Below, in pieces: positions 13,091 to 25,191 of a stretch of DNA of 64,000 nt. The position numbers and the translations under genes were made by a program. The notes under the pieces are model-generated. The model saw nothing but the letters and a program-made list of their open reading frames with translations. It ran no database searches and was not told where the DNA came from. The DNA is from Lingula anatina. Its lineage: Eukaryota > Animalia > Brachiopoda. Numbering within the stretch: the first letter of the stretch is position 1; the number at the start of each line of letters is the position of its first letter. The stretch lies in contig CM120640.1 in assembly GCA_051362555.1 (NCBI GenBank), positions 26,274,225-26,338,224 on the forward strand. Reading direction: 5' to 3'.

Positions 13091-16000
13091 GATGAGTGCA
13101 GATAACCATTGGCAAAGTGCCCATCGTCAATTTTTTTAAATAATTTGCTATTATAAAGTTTATGCATATATTGGTTGTGTGAAAAAATATTATTTGGTTT
13201 GAGGCATCGTTTGAGGCATCGTATTTTTAATGAGTTATATGTGGGGGTGGAGGTAACCAGATTTACCTGTTGTATGGAGTCTAATATGAATCAGAGCAAG
13301 TTATTTCAGCATATATATTGCATAAATAATTTTTTCTAATGAAACTTGTCTTGTGGTGAAAAAAAGAGTTATATGTTAAATAATTGCGATGTGGCACAAG
13401 TAAATGGGAAAGTAATTGTTTTTTTTTTTTTTTTTTGTTTGTTTGTTTGTTTGTTTTTTATTAATCCTAGCGAAGAGAGGGAGGGGTGGTGTATTACAAT
13501 ATTTTCTCACAGAAACCATCACTGATTTCACTTAACTGTATAAAAGTCTTGTAACTAGAAAAACTTGTATCAGCGTATTTATTAATTTTATATAACTTTT
13601 CTCACAGACCAGCATTTGTTGGTATAAATAATTATATTGTTAACCAATACACATTTTGTACAAAGCCCTATAGAACAGTAAAAAATGCTAAAAGCAAAAG
13701 GCTGTTACAGTAACACAAAAAAATCATGTGTTAAAGCACTCTAAACACCTATTTGGAATGTTTCCATTAACCATACAATAAACAAGGTATAAATTGTACC
13801 AAAATAATGATAAGGTAAAAGTAAAAACTAAATGAAAATATAGTACTCATAATAACAGTAATGGCCAATAATCTGTATGACAATGAAAATAAATCACCTA
13901 AAAAGTACTTCATATATGATAATGTATGTGATAAAGAGCTTGTATAGAAAGCAATGCAAGAGTTATTTTATACAAAATATATAAATATGAGAATAAAAAA
14001 TGTATAATAAACAATAGATAATTAATCAGATGTGCTGTCTGAAACACTTTCTGCCTCGCTAATACTCTCACCACTTGATGTTGGTAAATGCAAGAAGTTA
14101 TAATGAGACTCTTTATAACTTCTTGGTAAATGTGAGGCATCCTACCTCCCCCCCCCCCCACACGCACACACACACAAACACACACGCGAAAGTTTTTTTA
14201 AACCATGCCAGTTCTGAACTGTGAATAGGGGAACTATGGGTCGCTGCATGCCATCTTCTTTCAAGCAAATCAAAGAAATGTTAAGATATTTAAGCAATTA
14301 TAAATAGTAACTAAAACATTTTAATTTAAAAATCACACCAAGCATATTATCTTTTCGTTATCCTTTCTCCTTGCAAAATCAAAGCAACCAAAAAAACTGG
14401 ACAACTCCACATAAATATTAATAGCAAAAATGTATTATCACTTTATCTTTATTGTCATCATCTGTGAAACAAGATATGAAATGAAAGTTTCTTCAAAGTG
14501 CATTGTGGATAAGTGTTCCAGTGTACGCGGACAAGGTCGTTCAATGACGGCCTGGGGCAGGTTAGTAAACTTCAAGTTGATATCATGTCAACAAGATGCA
14601 AGGACACTGTCAATCACAATTAGGGGAGAGGCATGCGTGGTTTCCCTTTAAAAACTATTATAGCCTAACATTGATTCTTCCCTCCGAAGTAAATGTGTGA
14701 TTTTTTTCTTTTTAAACAAAAAAGTTAAGGTATGAAAACGCTGAATGTATTTCAAACGTAGGTGTATATACAATAACACAAATAATGAAATCTGTGTCTC
14801 ACTCTCACACGACACCCCCGCGTCCAAACTGACAGGATGGTGGCGACAGCAACGCCCCCAGTCGACAATCTAAGATTGGAAGTCTATGAGCGATAGACTA
14901 ATTAATGCCAAATTTCCGCATGACAACGATTTATAGACTCCCGGGAATTATTTTCCCTCAACGCTCTTTGTCGCGCTGGCGGTCAATGCAGCATTTATTT
15001 CAAAACAAGTTGACCGCAAATTAAGCACGATTTTGCACCTTCAGGTTCCGTGTCACGTTTTCATATCATGCATCTTTTATTTCTACAAGTATTCTCTGCC
15101 CAAAATGCGTAAAAAAAGAGAGTTATCTTACCAGGTTGTTTAGAAAACTTCTTTTTCCTCCGACTACACGTCTTCTCTCCCGTTCACCTCCAGGTTAAAA
15201 TGACCACTCAGCTTCGCTTCTAACACCACTACACGTCACTTCTGGGCACAATCAGTCTTCTCCGATTCCCTTTAATAAACACACGTAGGAACTGCAAGTC
15301 TTCAAAATGGTTGAATACATGTAAGTTTAAATCAGTGAAAAGGGATCCAAAAAATATTTTTTCATTTTAATACTTATCATTCATCAGCTTTTGCATTTTC
15401 CATCTATTTTATCTCAGATGCTTATGATAAGTGTCTAAATCATCAATTAATTCTCGTAAAATATAAATAGTTTAAGTCATGAATAATCCTTAGATATACA
15501 CCCAATGCATATTTTCAAAGATGCCAGTGTGTTATTGTGATGTTATACAAGTTGTTATTATTTTAACAAAAGTTAAAAGAAAATGATAAAAAAACACCAG
15601 ACTAAGATATGGGTCCCGTGGCAATCTTCCTTCTACAATTTAAGTGTGAATTACTAGTAACTATGAAAACAGGAACTCACAAACAATATTACAATCACCA
15701 TTTACCGAATCTGTATTAATTATTACTTTCAATCTTAAAACATTTAAGTCAACCATGAAACAATCTATAAGAGAATTGAATTGTGTTAATGGTATGGCAA
15801 CTCCTGAGAACATCTTCAGTTATAATATAATGGCAGTGTTCCAAAACCACGATACATATTAAATACAGGCTTGCTTAAATCTTAAACGGAAAGGAAGTAT
15901 TATCAAGTGTTGCACCTGCTCAGCAAAGCTGCAAATTTTATTTTGCAGCATCACAATTTCACTAGCACAAATCAGTAATAATTGTTAGTATATTTGTAAC

Positions 16001-16197
16001 ATATTTAATATTCGTCATTTGCCTCTAATCTTCGCTAAACATTATTAAAATATTACCACACATATTTATGATAAATGTTTGCATATTTGTAATAACTAAA
16101 TTTTGTCATTTGCTACGGGAATGGGGGGGGGTCTTAAAAATAAAAATTTTGGGCCGCAATTCCCACAGCAAATATGAAGGAGTACCAGTAGATAAGG

Positions 16198-16360
16198 CCG
16201 GTGCCATGAAACTGAGGGTCCGTGTGACAGAAAGTCCGTCCTCCATATAGTTAGGGTTAGTTTGACCTAAGTAGGTCAAAATCTAGGGCGAGGCTCACTT
16301 GTACAAATGAATGGGAAGCGGACTCTCTGTCATGGGGGACTTTCTGGTACATGTCACCGG
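16198..16360. mobile_element. 163-bp MITE containing a telomere-like TTAGGGTTAG motif
   Basis: Termini CCGGTGCCATG...CATGTCACCGG with subterminal GAAAGTCC/GGACTTTC; inserted in the first copy of a 3-copy degenerate tandem repeat (~16125-16740). Confidence 0.6.
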
Positions 16361-16817
16361 TGATGGCACAGAAATGGGAAAATTCTTGGTTTTGTCTAGT
16401 TTTGCTTGCATTATACATTTATATAAAATCTGATTCTCAAAATAAATGCAATCGGCAAGTATTATGCTACAGGGATGGGAGTGAGGTGTTCTTAAGAATA
16501 AAAAAATTGGGCCTTAATTCCCTCAGCAAATATAAAATAGTGCCAGTAGATAAGGACAATAATGGCACAAGGATGGAAAAAAATCTTGGTTTTGTCTAGT
16601 TTTGCTTGCTATATGCATTTATATAAAAAATTGGGCCTCAATTCCCACAGCAAAAAAAAAGAAAAAATAGTGCCAGTAGATAAGGATAACAATGGCACAG
16701 GAATGGGAAAAAACTAGTTTTTTTCTCGTTTTACTTGTGTTATAGTCAAGAACATATACATTTATACACAATGTACCCCTTCGTTAACATTAAGAGGTGT
16801 TGGGTTCTTAAATCTAC

Positions 16818-17255
16818 AGTGAGATTTATTTAAGTAAGATAGTTACTTCTCTAATTTGACTCAGGAAAGTCTAGGTAACGGCTCGAGTTATTCCTGGGGC
16901 TCCGTAACTTTAAAGCATCGCGTGTTGCGAACGGCGATATCACATAGAGGCTACAGTATATTACATGGGGCGAGCATGGGCAAGTAATGGAATCGAGACG
17001 CTTGCGCTCGGTCGCAATGCGCGCTGCTTTCGAGTTACGGGGCCCGGGAGAGCAAAGTAACGCAGCACCACAGCTTTGTATCCAAAAACCAAAATTCAAC
17101 TCATTACCTGGACATCGGCTAGTTTTATGGAAGAAATTGGAGTGACAGAAATAGTGACGAGATTGTAAAAGTTTAAGTGAGAGGCGAAAGAGGACAATTT
17201 CTACGAGCATACATGCGAGTCCATTTAAATTTATTTGCAAGTCTCGCTTTTTTTT
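16818..17255 (+). ncRNA. Unclassified ~430-nt highly structured RNA candidate
   Basis: Nested stems 16819-27/17239-47, 16849-57/17134-42, 16869-78/17104-13 and 16891-936/17005-50. Non-WC pairs are mostly G.U on the plus strand. Ends in T8, followed by a long poly(A) at ~17285-17340. Confidence 0.45.
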
Positions 17256-17283
17256 AGCGATCTGTACACGACCACTTTTTTTA

Positions 17284-17327
<44 letters not shown>

Positions 17328-17470
17328 AAAGAAAAAGAAAATTATAGAATATTTTTTATTCAACTATTATGTACAATTTTGAATATTTACAGTTGATTTA
17401 AAAAGGACTAATAATCAGTAATGAACTACGTAAACGTAATGAATTAATACATAGCAGTATTATCAAAAGT

Positions 17471-17730
17471 TCTAAGATTTTCCATCGTCTTCATCTAGCG
17501 TCGGAACGCACACAGTCCGATAATGCAGGTCTTGTGGTCGGAAACTGGTACCAGATGCTCTCGGGCCGTGGGGAAAAACCCGTCTAAACCCTTCGTGGGG
17601 AATGCCGGGAAAGTGCCCACGCCCGGATAATTCGGTCCTTATAACATGACAAAATCGGTTTCTATTGGCACGGCGCTGCGTACAGTTCAAGAATCGTCCC
17701 GTTTTAGACAGCATTGTGTGACGGAATAAC
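17471..17730 (+). ncRNA. Second CpG-rich structured domain
   Basis: Stems 17471-78/17701-08, 17497-503/17671-77, 17540-49/17654-63 and 17562-72/17616-25, again with plus-strand G.U pairs. Confidence 0.35.
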
Positions 17731-19989
17731 CTTTGCCTTGACTAACTATTCTCTATATATACTATACACGAGGTGAAGCCTAAAAACTTATTAAAGTAAT
17801 TCTTACAGAAAAAGGCACTGAAGCCAATAAAAAACTAACAAGAGACATAACAATTAAACAGAATCATTTTGACTTTATCTTGGAGAATTAAAACCATAAA
17901 TAAAGTTAATCATTTTACAACTGCAAGCATCTTTCAAAACTTTATTATAGTTCTCTTTATGATAAAATGCAAACAGATTCAAGTAATATAATTATAACTC
18001 GGGAAAATCAAGGATTTCAACTAAACTTTGATATATAATTCGACTTAAAATACCAGGTTTTTAAAATGTAACTTTGCACTGAAATCGCAACTACCTGCAT
18101 GATACAAGTACAGAATAAAGAAAGCTTGCTTCAAAATATTTCGGATCTCACATTACACTGTATGACCGCCCATGTAAATTTCAATCTGAATTTTTTTTGA
18201 TCCGGAGAAAAGGTGCATTTGTGATGAAGTGGATGTATTTGTCAACTATAACACTTGAGAAAATCTGAATATTAGTAATGTGATCTCTATCTTGAGAGAT
18301 GACAGCATCTCTCAAGAAGAGCAGACTGTACAAAAAATATAATGAAATATTTTCTCACACGTAAAATATTTCATTACAGATTTTGCACAATCTATCAATG
18401 TAAAATCTCTTCATGTAAAAGCGTTTACATGAAGTCAGATTTTACAAAGATGTGAGGGTTTGTTAGTAAGGTTAGTGTGCAGGTTAAGACCTTTTCAAAT
18501 GCCATACTGACAAACAACTCCACATCATCAAAAGCACAAATTTGAAAAATGACCATCTCAGATTGAAACAAAACACAGACGACCACAAGTGGTGGGAATG
18601 TTTTTGTGAGCAAAAAACTATCTGCATTCAGAATGTGGATAAAGCAACTCTATATTCAAATTTATTAATATAATAATTATAGCAACTGTAGAGGTAGACT
18701 TTTCCTACAGAAGCACACATCTTATTCAATTGATCTTGTATGGAATGAAGAATTATCTTGAACCTCAGTTTTCTCTTCTGTTATTGAAATAAAATGGTTC
18801 ACTGCATAAGGCATAAAATACAAATGAAATTTGATGCAATTTCACCTGACATGTTTGTAATCCATGAACCCCAAATATTCTCAGTATCCAAAAGACATAT
18901 ATTATTAGACTGTATTCCCACTACATTCAGTACTGTATATTGCCTTCATTACCATTCCACATTCTTTATATTTGTTTGCAGAACAAGCCGTGTCCTTCAA
19001 CACCAAAACTCGTGGGATGTCCGAACATCCATGAAAGTGTCCACAGGGCTCCTTGCTAACGCTGTACAGTGTTCAACATCTTGGACATTTGGTCTTGTGT
19101 CGACGTTATCTGACATCATGCAGGCGTAATTATTGGAAAACTCCCAATTCGTAGCCTACAAATGAAATCCAACTTTTACTCAAAAGTATGAAAAGCTATA
19201 TCGAAAGCTTGCAGTACCTGCAACAAAGAAAGTATATCACTGGTATTTACACACCGTTAACATTAATGATAAGTTTGGTTCTTAAAATGATCAGAGCGTT
19301 ATTTCCAAATGTACAGTGAAATATGCTTCCTTTATTGAAATATATATATTAACTTTTTAGAGTAAGTAGACAGCAGTCTTCAAAAAATAAATTATTTCAA
19401 ACATTTGACAAAAAAGTAAGAAAAGATGTTGCTATATTGAATATTGTAATGTTAGCCTACATGTTAAATTGTTGACCGTCTGTGCTACTTCTAATTCTAC
19501 TGTTTGTTTACATAGGATATAGTTTTTGATCACTGTCAATAATAAGAAACGCCATAATACACCAATAATAATACTTAAAAAATTCAGAACCACTTTTCTT
19601 AAGTTGTTGATCCCCAATAACTTACAAAGTTATCTGTATAAAGATCCCTCAATCCTGAAGAAGTGTTTCATCTGGAGGTTTGGTAGTTGCAATCTTCATT
19701 TTTAGTATCCACCACTTTTGGTAGCCTGCAAATTTAAATTATTACTTCAAAATGTAATAAAAGTCAACCATTTGTATATGAAATGTGTTTTTAAAGTTTC
19801 AGCAGTTTGATGGGAAATAAATATCAAAAGCACTTTTGTCACAAACTTGGAAAAAACATTCAAGCGAAATATTTTGACATGCCACTGGCGACCTTCAGAC
19901 TTCATGTCACAATGGGGTATTGCACAAATTCGTTTTAACGAAGGAAAAGGAACACTAACAGCATTCAAACGACTCTACTCAAAGACAAG

Positions 19990-20320
19990 TTTAAGTAAAG
20001 CCTATCTAGATCCAGCGGGAGGAGTGTACTAGTATTCCATCAAGTGTTTAATTTGTGAAGGATTTATATAGGAGAGACAAAGAGAAAGTTGAACGTTAGA
20101 GTTAAAGAACACGGGAAGGAATAAGAAAGGGTACCCGAAGAGGGAAAAATACACTACAGCCCAAGGTAGCCTCCTGCTACAACGAACCATCACAAAAAAA
20201 CATTGATTGGGAGAGTGCCAAGATTCTACAAAAAGAAAGTGACTGGAGAACAAGAGGCGTAAAGGGAGGCATATAAACCAGGAAAATGCCTAACAATCTG
20301 AACAATATAGAGAGATGGAA
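19990..20320 (+). mobile_element. Penelope-like element remnant (GIY-YIG endonuclease)
   Basis: Broken translation GVY*YSIKCLICEG..YIGETKRKLNVRVKEH..IDWESAKILQKESDWRTRGVK..NNLN..RDG; lies antisense within an intron of the lncRNA candidate. Confidence 0.8.
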
Positions 20321-20403
20321 ATTAATACTCACTTCTACGGTGGCCTTTTATTACCACAACCACAGCACTGGAGGTGGGGGTGGTAGCTGCTAGTATACAA
20401 TTT

Positions 20404-20772
20404 CTGGACCAGTGACAACGTCCCGGAGTCACATTGGTGGCGGTGGGTGTTGGGGGCGATAGCTCCAAGTAATCTGGACCAGTAACCACGCCCTGGAGTC
20501 ACATTGGTGGTGGTGGGTGGTGGGGGCGGTAGCTCCAAGTAATCTAGACCACTGACCACGCCTCGGTGTCACATTGTTGGTGGTGGGTGGTGGGGGCGGT
20601 AGCTCCAAGTAATCTGGACCACTGACCACGCCTCGGAGTCACATTGGTGGTGGTGGGTGGTGGGAGCTGTAGCTCCAAGTAATCTGGACCAGTGACCACG
20701 CCCCGGAGTCACATTGGTGGTGGTGGGTGGTGGGGGCGGTAGCTCCAAGTAATCTGGACCATTGACAACGTC
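20404..20772. repeat. 70-bp G/C-skewed minisatellite, ~5.3 copies
   Basis: GGAGTCACATTGGTGG recurs at 20425, 20495, etc.; unit contains GGTGGTGGTGGGTGGTGGGGGCGG. Confidence 0.95.
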
Positions 20773-22225
20773 CTGCAGAATATTGAGACTGTTGAGGATC
20801 TGAAAGTTGACGAATGGCATGTCAAAATATTTTGTATGAATGATAAGGTTTTTCCACATCTGTGGCAAATTAAAAGAGCTTTTTACCTGTGAAAAATGAG
20901 CACTGAATTTGCTAGAGTAAATTGTAAATGGAAAACAAATGCCTGCACCGAGTGACAGGTCCCAAACATTCTTAAAACAATTGTCTAAGACCTTGCACAA
21001 AATGCTCAGTTTGTTGGAGTTGCACTGATAAAAGATTTGTATTATCTATCTATGAATGACAATCTAGTTCATTTACCCTTATCCTGTCCCACAACTTACC
21101 TTGAATGCTCTCTAATCACAACTATTGAAGGGCTCTTGAAACACTATATGATATAGCTGACACGGCTTTCTCCATTTTAGCCTTGTTAACCTTGTTAAAA
21201 TGGACCGTCATCAGGACAGGCGCTCGCCAATGCTATCTGCCTCAACTACAAAATAAAAAAAAATTATAAGTCAAAAGTTTCCCTCTTTACTTCTCCCACC
21301 CAAATCCAATCTACTAACCATAAATATCTTAATCCTAGGAGTGGGTCATGGGTAAAAGACATTGCCTTCTGAATTTGAGCTGTCAAATTAATGTGGCTAA
21401 CGGTTTTTAGTTTTTCAAGGTATGAAAAGTCACTTAAATGTTTTGTTTTCCCCAAAAAACATGAGTGATATGTACCTTTTAAGGGTTTCCATCTCTGTGA
21501 AACGCCATATGCTTCTGATGCTCCCCCATGCAGCCCCCTAACATACAGACCATGGCAGGACTCAACCATGCACCAAGGATTGAATGTGACCCTCTTCTTG
21601 CACCCCTTTCAAAAAAGCGGGACTTTATCAGGAATTGCCCTAATTGAGTTCTGTAAATAGAAAGGAAAATTTGATTAGTTTTCAAAAATTGTATATCAAA
21701 AGCAGACTGCAGCCAGAAAAATTGTTGGAATCGGTAGATTTCCAGAATGTGTCAATTTGGTGACATGGCTGTTAGATTTTTTCTATAAGTATGAAAAAGA
21801 GCTTTTGATTTATTTTAAATGTAACTGTTACATCATGATTCGAGAAAAATGTCAAGGTCTTGTTAATACAAATATTAATGCAATCCAGTCTAGTCCTATT
21901 GAACTTTGTATTCGAACCAGTGAATCAAGATTCAGACATCTATATCTAGTTTTTAGGAAAGAAGGTGGACTGAATGGCCAGTAGGGTGAAAAGTTTATGG
22001 CATAGACTGCTGCTGAAAAATTAATTTTAGTGTATTGTTCTCGCCAGTAACACGGGTTACCTTGCAGGTTTTTCCGCCTCAGTGAAACACCATATGCTTC
22101 AGACGCTTCTCCAATGCAGCCTCCTCAACAGACCGTGGCAGGACTCACTGGCACCAAGGATTGAGGGATGTATCGGAAGTGTGCACGTGGCCCTCTTCTC
22201 CTTGCAGTTGCCATGAAACGTTGGA

Positions 22226-23040
22226 CAGGACTCGCTGGACGCTTCCTAGTGCAGCCACCTCGTAGACAGACCATGGCAGGACTCGCTGGACGCTTCCCCA
22301 GTGCAGCCACCTCGTAGACGGACCATGGCAGGACTCGCTGGACGCTTCCCCAGTGCAGCCACCTCGTAGACGGACCATGGCAGGACTCGCTGGACGCTTC
22401 CCCAGTGCAGCCACCTCGTAGACGGACCATGGCAGGACTCGCTGGACGCTACCCAAGTGCAGCCACCTCGCAGATAGACCATGGCAGGACTCGCTGGACG
22501 CTTCCCCAGTGCAGCCACCTCGCAGATAGACCATGGCACGACTCGCCGGACGCTTCCTTAATGCAGCCACCTCGTAGACAGGCCATGACAGGACTCGCTG
22601 GACGCTTCCCCAGTGCAGCCACATCAAAGAGACGGACCATGGCAGGACTCGCTGGCACCAAGGAATGGTCAAAGTAGCTTAAGTGTAGATGTGGGACGTC
22701 TCCTTGCAGTTGTGTTCTGTCAACAGAAAGAAAAATGAATTAATGACTTTTCATACTATGTCAGCACTCTGCAGTCAGGCTTACCTTTAAGTGGTTTCCA
22801 TCTCATTGAAACACCACATGACAAGACTCGCTGGACGCTTCCCCAGTGCAGCCACCTCGTAGACGGACCATGGCAGGACTCGCTGGACGCTTCCCCAGTG
22901 CAGCCACCTCGTAGACAGACCATGGAAAGACTCGCTGGACGCTTCATCAGTGCAGCCACCTCGTAGACAGACCATGGCAGGACTCGCTGGACGCTTCCCC
23001 GGTGCAGCCACCTCGTAGACAGACCACGGCAGGACTCACT
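22226..23040. repeat. 52-bp minisatellite in two blocks (~8 copies 22226-22660; ~4 copies 22824-23040)
   Basis: Unit CGTAGACGGACCATGGCAGGACTCGCTGGACGCTTCCCCAGTGCAGCCACCT, period 52 (22261, 22313, ...); diverged single copies near 22100-22160 and 21520-21580. Confidence 0.95.
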
Positions 23041-23100
23041 GGCTCCAAGGGATGGTCGAAGTAGCTTAAGTGTAGATGTGGGGTGTCTCCTTGCAGTTGT

Positions 23101-24808
23101 GTCCTGTAAACAGAAATAAAAACGAGATTAGATTTCTTTCATTTCTCAAACCCCCCTTCCAAAAAGAAAAAAGATTACATACCTTAAGGAGTGTAATCGA
23201 AGTCCCACAGGTGGCGCCCATCATCTTCTATGTCCTGTAAACAGAAATAAAAACGAGATTAGATTTCTTTCATTTCTCAAACTTCCCTTCCAAAAAGAAA
23301 AAAAGATTACATACCTTAAGGAGTGTAGTCGAAGTCCCACAAGTGGCGCCCATCATCTTCTATGTCCTGTAAACAAAAAATAAAAACGAGATTAGATTTC
23401 TTTCATTTCTCAAACCCCCCCTTCCAAAAAGAAAAAAGATTACATACCTTAAGGAGTGTAGTCGAAGTCCCACAGGTGGCGCCCATCATCTATGTCCTGT
23501 ATACAGAAATAAAAACGAGATTAGATTTCTTTCATTTCTCAAACTCCCCTTCCAAAAAGAAAAAAAAGATTACATACCTTAAGGAGTGTAGTCGAAGTCC
23601 CACAGGTGGCGCCCATCATCTTCTATGTCCTGTATACAGAAATAAAAACGAGATTAGATTTCTTTCACTTCTCAAACTCCCCTTCCAAAAAGAAAAAAAA
23701 AGATTACATACCTTAAGGAGTGTAGTCGAAGTCCCACAGGTGGCGCCCATCATCTTCTATGTCCTGTAAATAGAAATAAAAACGAGATTAGATTTCTTTC
23801 ACTTCTCAAACTCCCCTTCCAAAAAGAAAAAAAGATTACATACCTTAAGGAGTGTAGTCGAAGTCCCACAGGTGGCGCCCATCATCTTCTATGTCCTGTA
23901 AACAGAAATAAAAACGAGATTAGATTTCTTTCATTTCTCAAACTCCCCTTCCAAAAAGCAAAAAAATTGCATACCTTAAGGAGTGTAGTCGAAGTCCCAC
24001 AGGTGGCGCCCATCATCTTCTATGTCCTGTAAACAGAAATAAAAACGAGATTAGATTTCTTTCATTTCTCAAACTCCCCTTCCAAAAAGAAAAAAAAGAT
24101 TACATACCTTAAGGAGTGTAGTCGAAGTCCCACAGGTGGCGCCCATCATCTATGTCCTGTAAACAGAAATAAAAACGAGATTAGATTTCTTTCATTTCTC
24201 AAACTCCCCTTCCAAAAAGAAAAAAAGATTACATACCTTAAGGAGTGTAGTCGAAGTCCCACAGGTGGCGCCCATCATCTTCTATGTCCTGTAAACAGAA
24301 ATAAAAACGAGATTAGATTTCTTTCACTTCTCAAACTCCCCTTCCAAAAAGAAAAAAAAAAGATTACATACCTTAAGGAGTGTAGTCGAAGTCCCACAGG
24401 TGGCGCCCATCATCTTCTATGTCCTGTAAACAGAAATAAAAACGAGATTAGATTTCTTTCACTTCTCAAACTCCCCTTCCAAAAAGAAAAAAAGATTACA
24501 TACCTTAAGGAGTGTAGTCGAAGTCCCACAGGTGGCGCCCATCATCTTCTATGTCCTGTAAACAGAAATAAAAACGAGATTAGATTTCTTTCATTTCTCA
24601 AACCCCCCTTCCAAAAAGAAAAAAAAGATTACATACCTTAAGGAGTGTAGTCGAAGTCCCACAGGTGGCGCCCATCATCTTCTATGTCCTGTAAACAGAA
24701 ATAAAAACGAGATTAGATTTCTTTCATTTCTCAAACCCCCCTTCCAAAAAGAAAAAAAAGATTACATACCTTAAGGAGTGTAATCGAAGTCCCACAGATG
24801 GCGCCCAC
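23101..24808 (-). repeat. ~132-bp tandem array, 13 copies, each a 52-nt exon plus ~80-nt intron
   Basis: AAG|GTATG donors at exon ends 24770, 24637, 24504, 24372, 24237, 24108, 23975, 23844, 23712, 23578, 23448, 23315, 23183; each intron has a CTAAT branch site, pyrimidine tract and TACAG acceptor. Confidence 0.95.
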
Positions 24809-25191
24809 CAGTTTGCAGTCTGCTTCCTGGACCTGTAATAAAAAGAAACCTGGAAAGCATGGGAATGTGCAATGACACTACGACTCCAGCCCACGACAGC
24901 AAAAAGGTGAAGTATCCTGCGAAGATGACCGAGCGACGATTCCTCGTGGGGAGAAGCGAAGATTTTAGCTGGCCAGCTAAGAGAAACGCCGAATCCACCG
25001 TCTTTACGTCTGCGTGTGCAGGGAACAATATGTCGAAGAGCGATGCGTTGACGTAGGATGAGTAGAAGATTGGGAGAAATGGGAGTCGACTCCCGTGTCC
25101 TTTGTTCTTGATACAGGGCGCAGCACATGGCATCCGTCCTGTTGCTCTAGATCTGTCCGCTGTTGAGAGAACGCACTTTTAAAATTTTGCG

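Larger units (their letters stand above)
18660..25170 (-). ncRNA. Multi-exon (~20) repeat-built lncRNA candidate
   Basis: Minus-strand GT-AG exons: 5' exon(s) ending 24770; twelve 52/49-nt exons; then 23103-22785, 22716-22061, 21650-21476, 21245-21100, 20772-20333, 19725-19626, and a terminal exon from 19217 (AATAAA ~18666). The repeated exon has stops in all three frames. Confidence 0.55.

Noticed and set aside
16851-17363. 170-aa minus-strand ORF
   Set aside because: Runs through the poly(A) tract (poly-F), has a non-ATG start and no recognisable domain.
16863-17680. RNase P/MRP RNA, telomerase RNA or group I intron identity for the structured insert
   Set aside because: GGAAAGTCT and GGAAAGTGCC resemble CR-I, but CR-V/P4 and spacing do not fit; no TTAGGG template; no P7/S element.
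21155-21216. Hammerhead ribozyme or SECIS (CTGATGA...9-bp stem...GAAA on the minus strand)
   Set aside because: Stem I cannot form and stem II is offset by 3 nt; the SECIS GA quartet is out of register. It is only a hairpin.
21100-21245. P-element/THAP9 transposase resemblance (HFNKVNKAKMEKAVSAISYSVSRAL)
   Set aside because: Short, flanked by stops, no other transposase motifs or TIRs; cannot be supported without an HMM search.
20335-23769. ORF-track proteins across the minisatellites
   Set aside because: Unit lengths of 52 and 70 rotate frames and the 132-bp array ORF is antisense to the splice signals; these are repeat artefacts.
23101-24808. CRISPR-like array
   Set aside because: Units are identical throughout with no unique spacers, there are no cas genes, and the context is eukaryotic.
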